From Neoechinorhynchus agilis (lineage: Eukaryota > Animalia > Acanthocephala): a DNA stretch of 64,000 bases. The stretch is from the NCBI GenBank assembly GCA_051530055.1, contig CM121342.1, forward strand, positions 7,696,691 through 7,760,690, written 5' to 3'. Positions 1 through 12,157 of the stretch are shown here, in pieces. Every line of letters starts with the position of its first letter. The stretch's first letter is position 1. Position numbers and translations under genes: made by a program. The notes under the pieces are model-generated. The model made no database searches. It was given only the letters and a program-made list of their open reading frames with translations, and was not told the DNA's origin.

Positions 1-1638
1 AGGTGCCAGAATGAGAGCATAAGGTCCTTGATCAGCATCTTCTAGTCTCTCAATCTTTGGTAAAGATTGAATCCAAACGAAAAGAGGAATAAGAAATGCA
101 GCAGTCTTTCCCGATCCCGTTTCAGCTATTCCAATCACGTCTCTATTCTGTAAACCGATTGGAATAGCCTGTCGCTGAATAGGCGTCGGTTCATCATAAC
201 CAATACTTTTAATCACTTCCAATATATCTGCAGGAAGACCAGCTTCTGACCATTTTCTTACTGGATTAGGAATATTACCTCCTTTTGTACTTATATTGAA
301 GTCTTCACGGAATATGCGCCAATCCCGCTCGGTCATCTGAGACAATGATTTGTCTGTCCAATGACGTTCGTCATACTTTATTCTAGCTTCTCTATTTGCT
401 AATCGCTTAAGTCGAACACCTTCCTGATCTTTCTCTGCCTGAGTTCGTCGCTCTTCAAGCAACGATCCGTAGAATTCCGTCTGTGATTTGCGTTGAAGTT
501 TTAAATCAATCCCTGCAAAATGGCCACGACCATAGAATTGAATCGTGTGTCGGTCTTTGTAAAGTGGGTTGTAGTCCACGCTTGTATCCTCGTTTGTGTC
601 CCAGTCAAATACGAACTTACGATCGTTCAATCGGCGGCGTTTTCTCCTCTTTCTAATTGTATCCACACCAGAGTCTTAGAAAAAGCTGTTAATGAAATTT
701 GTCGCAAAATAGAAAGTATTTCTCGAGTTTGAATACAATTCGAATTAAAAATCCCAAAACTTCAGCTTGGTAAATGTTGACAAAATGGCCGTCCCATTTT
801 TAAAGTGATGTTCTCAATGGCGAATTGTAACGCACTCCAAGGCCTCAGCCTCCTTCTCAAGCACTGATTGTAAGTTTTTAAATATTGGAGTACTCGAAGG
901 AACAATTGGATAGGAATAAAGTGATATTGAAAATTAAAACAATTTTAGTTATTTTGTTTGGGATCGTCATTTCAGGAAGGGGGAAAGTATCTCCACCACA
1001 ATTCTAACTCTGTATTTTTGATGATGATGATGATGATCAGAATAGTGATTGATTTATTAATTTCCATTATTTCGTCGGACTTCAGGTTTCTTGCAAGTTT
1101 TCTACTATTCAAGCGCTTAAATGGGAATTAATAAATCAATCTCTATTCTTTTCAGTACCAAATATCGAATGATTTTCCCCGATGATTAAATTGAAAATTG
1201 CCTAGACCGAATAGACTTCAGTGCGTTCGCACCCAAGTAACGTTCTCTAATTGCAGCAGATTCCCTTCCTTTGTCTTCATTTGTTTTTAAATCTTCAAGA
1301 GTCGTTCTTTTTCCATCCCGTTTTCCACGACTAAGATCTCGAGCGTCCCCATCGTGCCTTGCCTCATTTAAATACCTTAGATGGCTAGCTCGTGCTTCTT
1401 CGATTTTTCTCCTTTGTTTATCCGCTTCCTCTTGCCGACGCTTCAAAGCTTCAGCCTCGCGTTCCGCTTTACTTAAAAATTTCGGTTTGGATTCCTCTTC
1501 CTCGAGTCGTTTTCTCCTTTCAACCATTTCATCAAGTGATAGAGGAACGCGTTTCTTCTTAGCGACGGGCTGATCATCCTTTTCCGCCGTTTTCATTTCA
1601 TCATCCGATGAATTTAATCCCTTTTTGCTCCGGTGCAT
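1..1638 (-). CDS. DDX23: DEAD-box splicing helicase DDX23/PRP28, 5' part (continues off the window start). Exon 1638-1233, GT-AG intron 1232-675, exon 674-<1
   Basis: Splicing at TTG G|GTGCGA...TTCTAAG|AC gives [44 protein letters not shown]...[13 protein letters not shown]...[35 protein letters not shown]...GPYALILAP. This has the Q motif, motif I and the PRP28-specific N-terminal segments. The ATG at 1638 is the first in-frame Met after an upstream stop. Confidence 0.95.
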
Positions 1639-1920
1639 CAATTCATCCAAATGCCTCGGTCTGCTTCACACTGCCACTCCAAAGAGTTTCTTCCGTGTCC
1701 TTCAAAATGACGTCACAATTGTTTACTTTTTATAGTGAGGCACAATCTTGTACGCATTTATCAAGGATGCTTATAGGTTTTCTTTACGATGCAAGATTGC
1801 TTCAATTTTTTTTGGTAATATAAAAATTGTTTGTATCTGGCGTGAAAATTAAAAGAATTTATTGATTTTGATATTCCGACAAACTGTTCTTCACAATGGT
1901 CTTTGGAAGCAGTTCCTTTT

Positions 1921-2053
1921 GTTGAAAAGATAATTCATTGTTATTTGTTGATAGGAGAGAGATAAATGAAATTAAGATTTTATTGGATATTTCGATCCAC
2001 TATCTCGGATCTAAAAATCTTAATTTCATTTATCTCTCTCCTATCAACAAATA
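1921..2053. mobile_element. Short palindromic Penelope-like pLTR insertion with truncated hammerhead; 12-bp target-site duplication
   Basis: Inverted arms 1942-1981 and 2014-2053; flanking direct repeat GCAGTTCCTTTT at 1909-1920 and 2054-2065; same family as 52506-52676. Confidence 0.75.
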
Positions 2054-2770
2054 GCAGTTCCTTTTATCAGATTGTTAATTACAGTGAATAAGATGGTGAA
2101 AAACGAGATAATTCGCGGCACCGAATGTAGTAAATCCTACGTAGACAAAACAAACAATTTGGAAAAAAAGAACACAAATATGCGCTCTGAGGAGAGGTAC
2201 CGATGCCAGTTCCGCGATAGTTAACCATTTTTAACCAGGCCACGTCGTGAATATCGACAAGGCGACCATTTTGACGCAAAATAATACCAAACGGGATCGC
2301 GCGCGCGCGTTATTATGGAAGCCATATTTATTCGCCACGCTGTTAACTGGGGAATAAGGCGGACTTTGAACTAAATCTAAGTACATTGTGAATGTAATCA
2401 TTCCTCTTGTGTGGATTTTTGACTATGATAAATGCCGAATATTGTGCCGAATCGGTCGCTCGTCACATTATACAAATGATCAAATTATAGGCTCTTTCTG
2501 GAATTGGTTTTATTAATGTTCAATAAGCTGAACCCTGGGTCCCAGGCAGCACCAGAGGCTTGAAAAGTTTTCTGTCTTCACTCTTGAAGTAAAAACTTAC
2601 AAGCAATGCTCGAAGAGGACCGCATGGGGTCGTAAATTTACAATAAATCAATCAATATCGCGAAAAGGTTGAGAGTAAAGTTGCGCTGATTGAAGTTCTA
2701 ACTTTACAATGAAAAATTTGAAACGTATTTTAGATGAAAAAGAAGAAGAGAGTTAGGATAATGAACTGAG

Positions 2771-2880
2771 ATGAGGAAACGCAGCGAGTGTGGTCTCGAC
2801 CACTGATGGGGGAGCGATGCCTCTTCTTCGTGGACGGTGTTGATTGTTGAAACGTTTTGTTGTTGTGTGTAAATGAAAGT
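2771..2880 (-). mobile_element. Penelope-like RT fragment, inverted paralog of 6869-6981
   Basis: Reverse complement matches 6869-6981 closely by eye; that region translates as FNNQYRPRRRGIALGSVVAATLA, resembling the PLE RT YxQxxGxAMGS motif. Confidence 0.55.
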
Positions 2881-5615
2881 GTTGCTTTCTAAAAAAGAAG
2901 TTCCCTATCTGGTCATAGCTTCAAAGAGTCAGCATTAATTACAGATTAATTTTTTATTATTCTTTCCTGTTTGGATAAAGTTGTTCTATTTCTTAAGCTA
3001 TAATGGGACTTCTATATGGGAAAATTAATTAAGAATTATTTACAATTCGCCTCCCTGATGTTTAACTTTAGAAATTAATGCAAGAATATTTTTCATCAAG
3101 TGAAACTTGTTGCTTGATGATAAAGAAGGAGATGAGGTGATCATAATTCCCGGATAGAAAATCTTTTATTAGGATATTTGAATGAGAAAGCCTCATTAGT
3201 CATCAAAAAAAGTTTTAGTTATTTTACATTTTGTGTGGCTTGGGCGAGATTTCCTCACTAAATACTTCAATTCAATAAAAAAAATTATACTGGATTGCTT
3301 TCACCACATTTCCATGAATTAAATATGTTTTATAGTTCAGATATCACGAAAAATGACAAAAGATATTTCATCCTTGCATTTCGTAAATTTTTTTCTTTTA
3401 TTTAATTTTTAAGGAGCAGTCAAGTTTCTAATAGACGTTTTGATGAATCCCCATAAAATTCATTAGATCATCTACTATTTACGCGTAATCTTGTGGTGAA
3501 ATTGTACCGTTATATTTTTATATTTCAGTCAAGTTTTTAATAATTGTTCTGAGAAATTAAATCCGTCGTATCTTTCATTCCATTATTCTATAAGTCTTCT
3601 CGTTTTTAATTGAAATCGTGACTACGTTTTTAAGAAGCATTTGTACTCGCTTAAATTAACTTTTATTTATTATTAAATTTACAATCCTGTGTAAAAATCG
3701 ACTCATTTCTTAAGCTAACGGTGAAGTTGTAGAAGAAAGGTTATGAATTTCGTACTTATTCTTAAACAATTGCAAATAAAGAATGGGTGTTTGAACCTAT
3801 TTAATAAAAAAAATTAAGTTGCTTGACGAAGAATATTTTAACTTTATAAAAAAATTAATCTATTTTTCCTTAAAAAATTATTCTCGTTTAATTGACTGTG
3901 ATGCTTCTTATCAAAAATTCTTCAGGTTTGATTGAAAAAATGGACTTACACAAAAAAATTTGCTTTAAACTTACATGGTAGCAAACTTACCGACAATTGT
4001 GCATGTTTTGCAAGACCTTGAAGAAGGAGAAAAACTTCGAAATATCAGTCAAAAATAAACATTTGTTTCAACCTCTTAACTTGCCAAAGTAACGACAATG
4101 AAAAAAGGAACATGCGGTTGAGAAATCATTCGAAAGTCCATCGACCGCTTTAATTTTAACTAAAAAATTACTTTTGAAGCTCAGTTTTTCGTTCACACAT
4201 TCTCAATTATCGATCACACGATCTACAGAATTATTCTACTCCTTTTTTTGTCATCCTGAAACTCCAACATCAAAAGATAATTTCTGCTTTTAGTACTTTA
4301 CCACCTCGGATTTAAATTGCCTAATTTATCACCGATATTTCATATTGGATAATTCCGACATTCGGGGTGGTATAACTACCAAAAGAAAGCATCCTTTCCC
4401 CCAATCTAGATAAATATGATTCTCGTGAACCTCGAAAGTTTCGAGCATAACATCAATGTGTATTTTAAACAATCACTCCTCATATCTCGCTATTATTGTT
4501 AAAATAAAAGCCTTTAAATATTTGCGTTAATTTCACATACCTTCGAACTGTTGTTACACGCGACATTAGTCAACTCGATTGCATTCACAGCGGTAGCAAT
4601 TGTATGATTATTCGCATTAGAAATTCGAACAATCATTAATTGTGATCGTTACATTTACTCATTTTCCTATTTTTTAACCTTGTTCACCAAACCATTCTCG
4701 ATGAGTTCGTCTTCATTTCTCAATTTGAGACTACTCCCTTATCGCCTCTTTGCCAGAGCGACCTTCACTTGTTGTTATGTCCTAATTCAATTCATAAAGG
4801 CGACAACAGCAATTTTTATATTTCCGTCAATGAAGTATATAAAAGTGGAACCCAAAGCATAATGTTGACGCTTTGTGCTATTTGTGCATTAATCATTCAT
4901 TGTTTTAATCTTTCTATTCGAGCGTCAAGGATGTGAGTAGAATTTTTAAGGTTCGTTGGGTACTCAAAACTCACTTGCACTTGTCGTCATTAAAGAAAAA
5001 TCTTAATAGCGAAGGTTAGAGCAAATCAATAAAAGTTAGAATCGTTATGGGGCTTTAAACGAAACGATAGTGACCCGACCAGAAGTGGTATCTAAAAACA
5101 ATTTCACATCATTGAGATGATCAATACTTCCGCTATCAAAGATGACATCGACATTGTTACAATTTTCGGTATGACTTCAATTTTAAACTCAACGAATTTA
5201 TGTTCAACTTTTCTTACGACGAATAATTTAAAACTAAGGCTCAAAATTAAAAAGTACTTTGAAAAACCTTTTAGAACACTATTTCTTAAACGAATATTTT
5301 ATTTCTATTTTTATGTGTTGTCAAAAGCTTTTGTTCCCGAAGAGAGCTCCTATTTTCAGTTTACTAATAGAAATTGTTTCCTCGTGGCCAAGAACGGTAT
5401 CAAATAATCTTTCATCTTAAAGAAAAACTAGTTAATGAAGAAGATGAATTGATGGGGTAAATTCCAAGATTTCACGCCATACTTTTTCGTCGACATTAAT
5501 ACACTCTGGATTTCCATACGCTAAGAAAACTCAAAAGCGTATAAAACTTAAGATTTAAACCATCTCTTAAAAAAAGTTAATTTTTTGTTGAAAATAGCTA
5601 AACATATGACGAAAC

Positions 5616-5796
5616 TATTGTTTAGAAGTCTTTACCCGCGGTAAATGATTATTTCGATTAAAAACGTTCTGCAAACTTCGTCGGGTTCATTACTCATCCA
5701 TTTGTATTTTAGAACTGATGATGAGCCCGACGAGGCTAGCAGAAATGTTTTTAATCGAAATAATCATTCCCCGCGGGTGAAGAATTCTAAACAATA
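5616..5796. mobile_element. Palindromic Penelope-like pLTR remnant with degenerate hammerheads
   Basis: Arms ~5616-5690 and ~5715-5796 are inverted; right arm has CTGATGA-T-GAGCC..GGCT..GAAATGT; same family at 11810-11888 and 17431-17520. Confidence 0.65.
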
Positions 5797-6099
5797 ATTC
5801 CTTTGCACATTCCTCCCGGTACCTAAAAAACTGTTTTCTCTTTCTCAATGTTTCCCGAAATCAGAATTTCAACTCGAATTGTGGTAATTGGAATAAATTC
5901 GCCATATTTTCATCGTTCAATAGACTCAAATGCGCACTTCAAAACTCCGTAGTCGACACGCAAAATTCAATTCTTAGTTCAGCACTGAATCACTGAGTGA
6001 TTGTCATCCATTTCAACGGTGGTAGAGCCTAAAAATGTGGAGTTGTTTGCAGGTTTTGAAATTGGAGGAGTCACTCTGACAGGAACGCCTACGATGCCA

Positions 6100-6354
6100 T
6101 TGTTCAAATGTCACGGTCTATTTCTTATTTAAGCAAGAGATTCAATGAAGAGCTTTGATATTACAAGTTCACTCGGCAAAACCATCATGCTTACCTTCTT
6201 GCTTCTCGGGCCGTTCTACTACCCGTACATTCTTGCTTTACGAGCATTGTTCACTGGTGGATACGTTGCGATCAATACCATCCAAGGGATTACGGCATTG
6301 CTAACCTTCCCGTCTGTTAGTTACGTCTCCGCTTTCTCAGGTGGCCAATACTGA
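6100..6354 (+). pseudogene. Possible degraded 7TM receptor C-terminal fragment
   Basis: Two hydrophobic segments (TIMLTFLLLGPFYYPYILAL; GITALLTFPSVSYVSAF) spaced like TM6/TM7 and bracketed by in-frame stops; no diagnostic motif. Confidence 0.2.
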
Positions 6355-6868
6355 GACCAAAAAACAACAATGATCTTGAAGTAAATCTTTATCTCAGTGC
6401 TAATGAAGGGAGAACTGGAAAAAATTGGATGGCCATTGTTCAAGATTTTAAATTGTATGTTTATCGTAGAAAGTCGAGAGAGAGAAGGAATTTGAACAGG
6501 GCTATTGATATACATGGAAATTAATATCACGTAAAAGCGTTTTTATATTGATTTAAAGTGTGATTTTCACCAACGATTGGAAAACGCTTTCGATCATTTC
6601 ATCCAAGTATTTTCAGGCTTGCCTTAATCTTTATTAGTTGGAAAAAAGAAGCATTTAGACAATTTCGAACATTAGTAAACGTTTACATCATAAAATACTT
6701 TCCGGATTTCTCGATTTTTCTTCTTTAAAGGGAGTGTAATACTTTTAAGGTAAATGTTCTATTTCTAAAGATCGAAAAACATTCTCGATAAAGATAAAAC
6801 ATTTTTAAAGCTTTTTCAGTTCTTTGGATCTCACAATTAGAGTCTATCATTCAAATTATTTTTTGATA

Positions 6869-7075
6869 CACTTTTCGTTACGCACACAACAACAAAACGT
6901 TTCAACAATCAATACCGTCCACGAAGAAGAGGCATCGCTCTCGGCTCAGTGGTCGCGGCCACACTCGCTGCGTTTCCTCATTGGATCGCGAGACCAATGG
7001 TTTGGCGCAGGAAGGTACCAGCTCTTGTATTTCCTGTCTTGGTCTGGAGTCTACTCGATAACCCTTATTAAAATT
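6869..7075 (+). mobile_element. Degenerate Penelope-like RT fragment
   Basis: Translation KRFNNQYRPRRRGIALGSVVAATLAAF resembles the PLE RT region FxFnnxyYxQxxGiAMGSpxxpxLA. Confidence 0.5.
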
Positions 7076-7784
7076 TAGCCTTACAACACAGAAATCTTTC
7101 TTTTGACCCAAACGATCAATCGATAACAACAATTGAGCCAAATAATTAAGATCGGTTCATCGCATTCGCAATATCTCACGAAAGAAGTTATTTACGCTTT
7201 ACGCCTACTGAATTTTATCAATTCTTAGGCATTCTGAAGTGTATTTAAGAATTTAATATTGTTGAAATTTTCAAATGGGATGTTAAACTCATGAATCACC
7301 AACGAAATCCTATTTGGAACTTCAATGTGATCTCCTTACATAAAATCGACAAATGCTCATTAGTTTCTGAATTTAATTTTGAGATAATTAAAGCGAATTA
7401 ACCTTTACAAATATTTATCGGTCTTTAATAATTGGATATTGCTGCGTGTTTTAATCAACTCCTATTTGAAGGGCAATAGATTTCTAGTAAATGATTGCAC
7501 TGTTCCTGATTTTTATAAACGGTTGTTGCTAAATTTGAACCTATTTGATAAGAGAAGTAAAAATCGGAAAAATATGATAAAACAACATTTTCTCTAAATA
7601 TAAATTTTTTGATTTCAATTTGATTAACTACAAATTTACTTGACCTGACTATTTTTGAAAAATATTAATTGTTAACAAGATTTAACTTTAAAAAATAAAA
7701 TTATGGAAAGCCTCTTTTCCCAACACCCTCATGTTTATTCCAGATTTATTACCGAACGGAAAATGGGTGTTTTATTTGTTTATT

Positions 7785-7823
7785 GCTTCAAATTTTCGAC
7801 GCCTTGCGTCTTCGTCAGGAAGC
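7785..7823 (-). ncRNA. Minimal type I hammerhead ribozyme (inverted copy)
   Basis: Exact reverse complement of 8504-8542. Confidence 0.85.
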
Positions 7824-8503
7824 TTTTCTTTGGTTGTCTGAAAAGGAATCAGAGGAGGGCAACGCTGTCCGTCAGCTCATCCCTCTTATTGAGCATCCCC
7901 TCTGCCTCGTTGTGTCCGTCCTTGCTGCTCGTAACCCCGCTCAATCCCACTACTTTCTCACGATTAATGCATAGCGCTTCGGCAATCGAGAGATCCACCG
8001 GATCGGATGCCTTGTGCATCACCTCAATCTCGAAGGCTGGGCTGGCACCAACGTGAGAGGTAGTCCATGGAGTCGATCGGTATGACGGAGCTGTCGGATT
8101 GCTGCGTAGATGTTGTGCCGGCTATGCAAGGACGAAGGACGGACAACGTCCTACGTTGGCAAGACGGAAAGAACATTACGTTCACGTGTGACGGAACACG
8201 TGCGTAATGCGCGCAATCCGACAGCTCCGTCATACCGGTCGACCCCATGGGCTACCCATTTCGCTACCTCTCACGTTGGTGCCAGCCCAGCCTTCGAGAT
8301 TGAGGTGATGCACAAGGCATCCGATCCGGTGGATCTCTCGATTGCCGAAGCGCTATGCATTAATCGTGAGAAAGTAGTGGGATTGAGCGGGGTTACGAGC
8401 AGCAAGGACGGACACAACGAGGCAGAGGGGATGCTCAATAAGAGGGATGAGCTGACGGACAGCGTTGCCCTCCTCTGATTCCTTTTCAGACAACCGAGGA
8501 AAA

Positions 8504-8542
8504 GCTTCCTGACGAAGACGCAAGGCGTCGAAAATTTGAAGC
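8504..8542 (+). ncRNA. Minimal type I hammerhead ribozyme in PLE pLTR
   Basis: GCTTC-CTGACGA-A-GACGC(AAG)GCGTC-GAAA-ATT-T-GAAGC: intact core, 5-bp stem I, 5-bp stem II, loopless palindromic stem III as in dimer-acting PLE hammerheads. Confidence 0.85.
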
Positions 8543-8687
8543 AATAAACAAATAAAACACCCATTTTCCGTTCGATAATAAATCTGGAACCTTAAAAAAT
8601 GCTTGATAAAATTCGAGCGATCGTGCCTCTGCTATCCATATTTCTTTTATTACCGCTAATCAATAAAAAAATTTGAGATAACTATCA

Positions 8688-11571
8688 ATGACCAGTCTAC
8701 ACAATCTCACATACATTCCACTTCCATCTTATTCAAACCTTTATTCGACGAAAAGCCTTAATAATCGCATAGCAATCGCCGTATCGGATGGACGGTTGAG
8801 GTGGATTTATACTCTCGGTGATACCTTAAATGATGTCGAATACGATCAACAGTTTAAAGATAGCCGTCTGTCGAAAGTAGTTATTAAGCAAAAGAATCTA
8901 CGAATCGCTCCTGAACTCAGTGATTTACGGATACTTTCTTTTGATATATTTGCCCGAAATGAAAGTACTGTAATGGTTGTTAATGTCCTTAGAGAAAATG
9001 AAGCTGGCGAAACTCATGAAATACAATTCTAAAAAACGGCATTTAGACATGGAATTCCATTCTTAAAGTTTATTTGTCGTTGAAACAATCTCACCGCAGA
9101 TTTACTCGAAGGAGAAACTATAGACACTGATCAGCCGTCGTCAATCATCTTTGATCCAGATAATAAAGATCAACCAAATGACCGTTTTTCTATCCCGAAA
9201 CGATCGCATTTTACCTTTGACAAAAGAGATGAATCATCAAAAACTCAAGGCGGAGATTGGTTATTCGTCGGTGTTTATTACTTTTTTTCACAAAATACCT
9301 AAAAGCAGCTTAAAATGGTTTTTGTTCCCTGTAAAGTTTTGCGTGATTATTGACGAAACGCACATTAAAATACTTGAAATCATTCTATGCAAAAGACAAT
9401 TCAAAATGGAGCTGTCTATTTGTCATTAACCTTTGAAAATAGAATCCTTTTGTTGTAGTCGGACCGGTAACAACAGGAGTAAAACTTACAGGAGATAAAC
9501 TTTACTGTCCAGCGAGGAAATGCAGTCAGCATTGAGATTGGACGTGATTTTAAATATTGAATAACTGAAATTACATTCTTAAAGCTCAAAAAAATCATTT
9601 AATAACACGAAATATTTTAAGGTCTTTAATTTCAAAAACTCAGCGTATTAATCATAAGGTTAAAAATTATTAAAAAAATCTTTTGAGTGACTTTTGCAAT
9701 AAACAGTCGACGATATATTCCCATTTTCTGTGATCACTCTCGACTATGGACCATCGGTAATGATGCACGGAAGGTTTGTAACCGTATGGAATACAAATAA
9801 GTTTTATTTCATGAAAAATATAGAAAGTCGAACAATTTGGTGTTTATGTCAAATGATATCTGTCCAAGCGAATTCGCTAATGAGGCAAATTTGCTTGTCA
9901 TTAGTGGGAATGACTACCGACTCCACACCTATACCAACGAGGTTGACGGACGATGGAATGAACGGGAGGTCGATGAAACGTTCTCCATACTAAAACATTT
10001 AAGAAAAGGAGTGTACGTATTACTGCTTTTACTACTGAAAAACAAGTCAACGATAATAGAGTACTGTCAATGGATTTTTTCACAGTGGAAAATCGGAATG
10101 TACATTTTGCTGCATTTGGATATGTGGATAATACAGTTCAGTTTGTTGCTTATCAAAAGGCGACGCAAGGTTTGTACGATGAAGGATTTTTTGAGGAGCA
10201 AATACTGATAAGCGCTTGGATTTTCTTCGGACGTATTTTAAGCGACCATTGAAAGATTTTTAAGCTTAACGACCTGCTTTTGAATGATTTATTTCATTGT
10301 TGAAAATAATTGATTTTTGATTTCTTATTGATTTAAACAAATTTATACTTTTTTTACGATACTTAAAGGGATTCTTTCAACAAAAAGAATTCGAAAAACA
10401 TCCACACCACCGCTCTGGATCGCTCAGCTACCGTCCTGGTGTATCGGTCGAAAGGACGGATGCAGTGTTCTCGCCCGTTGCAGAGTTAGACTAATGTTTT
10501 GTTGATAGCCAGTGATTCGTCTTAGTCTCTTAGACAATTGCGTGACCAGGTCCTGCGCGGCGGTACCAGACGATCCGAATGCCTGGACTCCAAAGTAATC
10601 GAAATAATGATAATCGAATTATTCATTTTTATGACTAAAAACTTGAAAATTGCTAGCCTGGAAAAGTTTAATCGAATTTTAAGAATCACAATTGTGTTAA
10701 ATTTTTATTTAAACTTGATAGATTTTGTTTGATATTTATTTTTTGAGCTTGTTTGTGGCGTAAAAATTGAAGGAATTTATTAAATCCGATGTTTCGGCAT
10801 AATATCGTGCCTTTATCAAGGTTGTAAATGTGTGCAGATTGTCACGACATTGTGCCTCCGAAATCAATAGGATTTAATAAATTCCTTTAATTCTTACTCC
10901 ATAAACAAGCATGAATAATTCAATCTTCAAACATTTATTTTTTCGCATGAAAATGACATTTTTGCAATAGTATCAGCAGTCACTGTTTTTAAACCCAGAA
11001 GTAATATTCAACCAAGTGATCTCCCTGTCCAGCATGGTTTCATCAGTAAAGATGTTCACATTTTGCCAAAACGACAAGAACCGCCTTAATCTCATTGCAG
11101 TGTGCCCACTTGGCGGTGCTTATTTATTCAGGTTTGGCACTCCGGTTATTCTCTTGACTATACAACTATTTTAGAAATATTAAATCGGATGAATTGGCCA
11201 ACGTCGATTCTCTTCCAAATCCCTGTCGAATACTCACATCATCATGTGCCGAAATGTTCACCGTTTCAACTCTCTACGACTACGATCTGGATGGACGAGT
11301 TGAGATCGCACTGGGAACTCAGGATGGGCGCTTAATGATATTTAAAACCGATTCTGAGGATGATAAAACCTCTTGGAAGTCAAGCGAAGCACTATATGTA
11401 CATACTGTGGCTAACGGTCCTGTACTGGAGATCAAGTCTTTGGATTTTACTTCTGACGGACTCAATGAACTTGTCGTTGCTTCAAGCGAAGGCATAAGTA
11501 TACTTCAAATCAATCTAAAATACGCGATCGATGTGATTACGGAAAGAGCTAAACTTTATTTGGATGTCTAG
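8688..11571 (+). CDS. KPTN: Kaptin (KICSTOR subunit), multi-exon; 5' exon boundaries uncertain
   Basis: Collinear matches to kaptin recalled from memory: SYSNLYS (SQSNVYG), RILSFDIF (EIVSIDTF), LLVISGNDYRLHTY (FLLSGNDPAIHLY), HFAAFGYVDNTV (LSALGCQSGYV), YDLDGRVEIALGT (VDLDGRPEVLVAT), LDFTSDGLNELVVAS (VDLTGDGLQELAVVS). Short GT-AG introns link most exons. Confidence 0.85.
10400..10620 (-). mobile_element. CRE-clade (RLE) non-LTR 3' fragment in a KPTN intron
   Basis: Translates HYFDYFGVQAFGSSGTAAQDLVTQLSKRLRRITG..QQNISLTLQR, homologous to the C-terminus of ORF 42468-43604. Confidence 0.8.
10770..10888. mobile_element. Degenerate palindromic PLE pLTR remnant in a KPTN intron
   Basis: Terminal inverted repeat AAGGAATTTATTAAATCC / GGATTTAATAAATTCCTT; minus strand CTTGATAA-AGGCA..TGCC-GAAAC is a decayed hammerhead. 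Confidence 0.55.
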
Positions 11572-11809
11572 TAGTGTGAAACGGAATGAACCAAAATAAA
11601 CCCCAAATTCAATCTGTAAATCTTTTCGACTGTTTCCGTACCTTTCTCATTTTTCGATGGCGGTGAATCATTTGAATTCATAAAGTGGTAAGATAAATTG
11701 GAAAATAAGTACAAAAACGCTAAAAGATGGGTGCCGATGGTATAAAAAAATTTAGAACTAATATTATGAGTATGTGAATGTCTAAGGTACAGGGGCAGAT
11801 GATTAGACT

Positions 11810-11888
11810 TATTGTTTAGGTCTTCACCCGGTAAATAATTTTTTCCATCAAAAACGTTTCGAACATTGTGGGGTTAATCATCAGTTTG
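11810..11888 (-). mobile_element. PLE pLTR remnant with near-intact hammerhead (11849-11888)
   Basis: CAAA-CTGATGA-TTAAC..GTTC-GAAAC-GT-T-TTTG; family of 5616 and 17431. Confidence 0.65.
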
Positions 11889-12157
11889 TGAGTCTAATAT
11901 TGTGACAATCCTTGGAGTCTCAAAGACACGCATCCGTGTTATGCAAATCTTTGGTTTGTCGAATTTTGCAATATTTTTAAGCTGAAATTGAGAACATCAG
12001 AATTAATAGACAGCTAACATGCAATCTTAAACGTAAAATTCATCTTTATGAGTAAATTCCACGTATCTCCCCTAAAATCTCCCAATTTGATTCAACAACA
12101 TAGAACTGGAAAACTGCGAAAAAAAGCAAGAACTTCAAGAGACTTGGAGAACAACAG

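Larger units (their letters stand above)
7738..8589 (+). mobile_element. 5'-truncated Penelope-like element (GIY-YIG endonuclease plus 3' pLTR) preceded by an inverted copy of itself
   Basis: ORF 8110-8478 LCRLC...SYVGKTERTLRSRVTEH is a PLE GIY-YIG domain with CxxC. 7738-8102 is the reverse complement of 8213-8589 with a few substitutions and a 12-bp deletion. Confidence 0.9.

Noticed and set aside
1018-1037. (GAT)n run in the DDX23 intron as a snoRNA C box
   Set aside because: Wrong strand relative to the host gene and no D box or terminal stem; it is a simple microsatellite.
5100-5200. Copia protease-like VIFDSGSIDHL
   Set aside because: Downstream motifs are absent and no other copia domains are nearby; chance resemblance cannot be excluded.
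3000-5520. Possible multi-exon gene on the minus strand
   Set aside because: Splice-like signals and short exon-like frames exist, but I could not build a consistent ORF or recognise a family.
10400-10620. GC-rich repeat (also 26735-26950) that looked like a novel structured ncRNA, SINE or HDV-like ribozyme
   Set aside because: Minus-strand translation aligns with the C-terminus of the CRE ORF at 42468-43604, so it is coding retroelement debris; the pairings were not conserved between copies.
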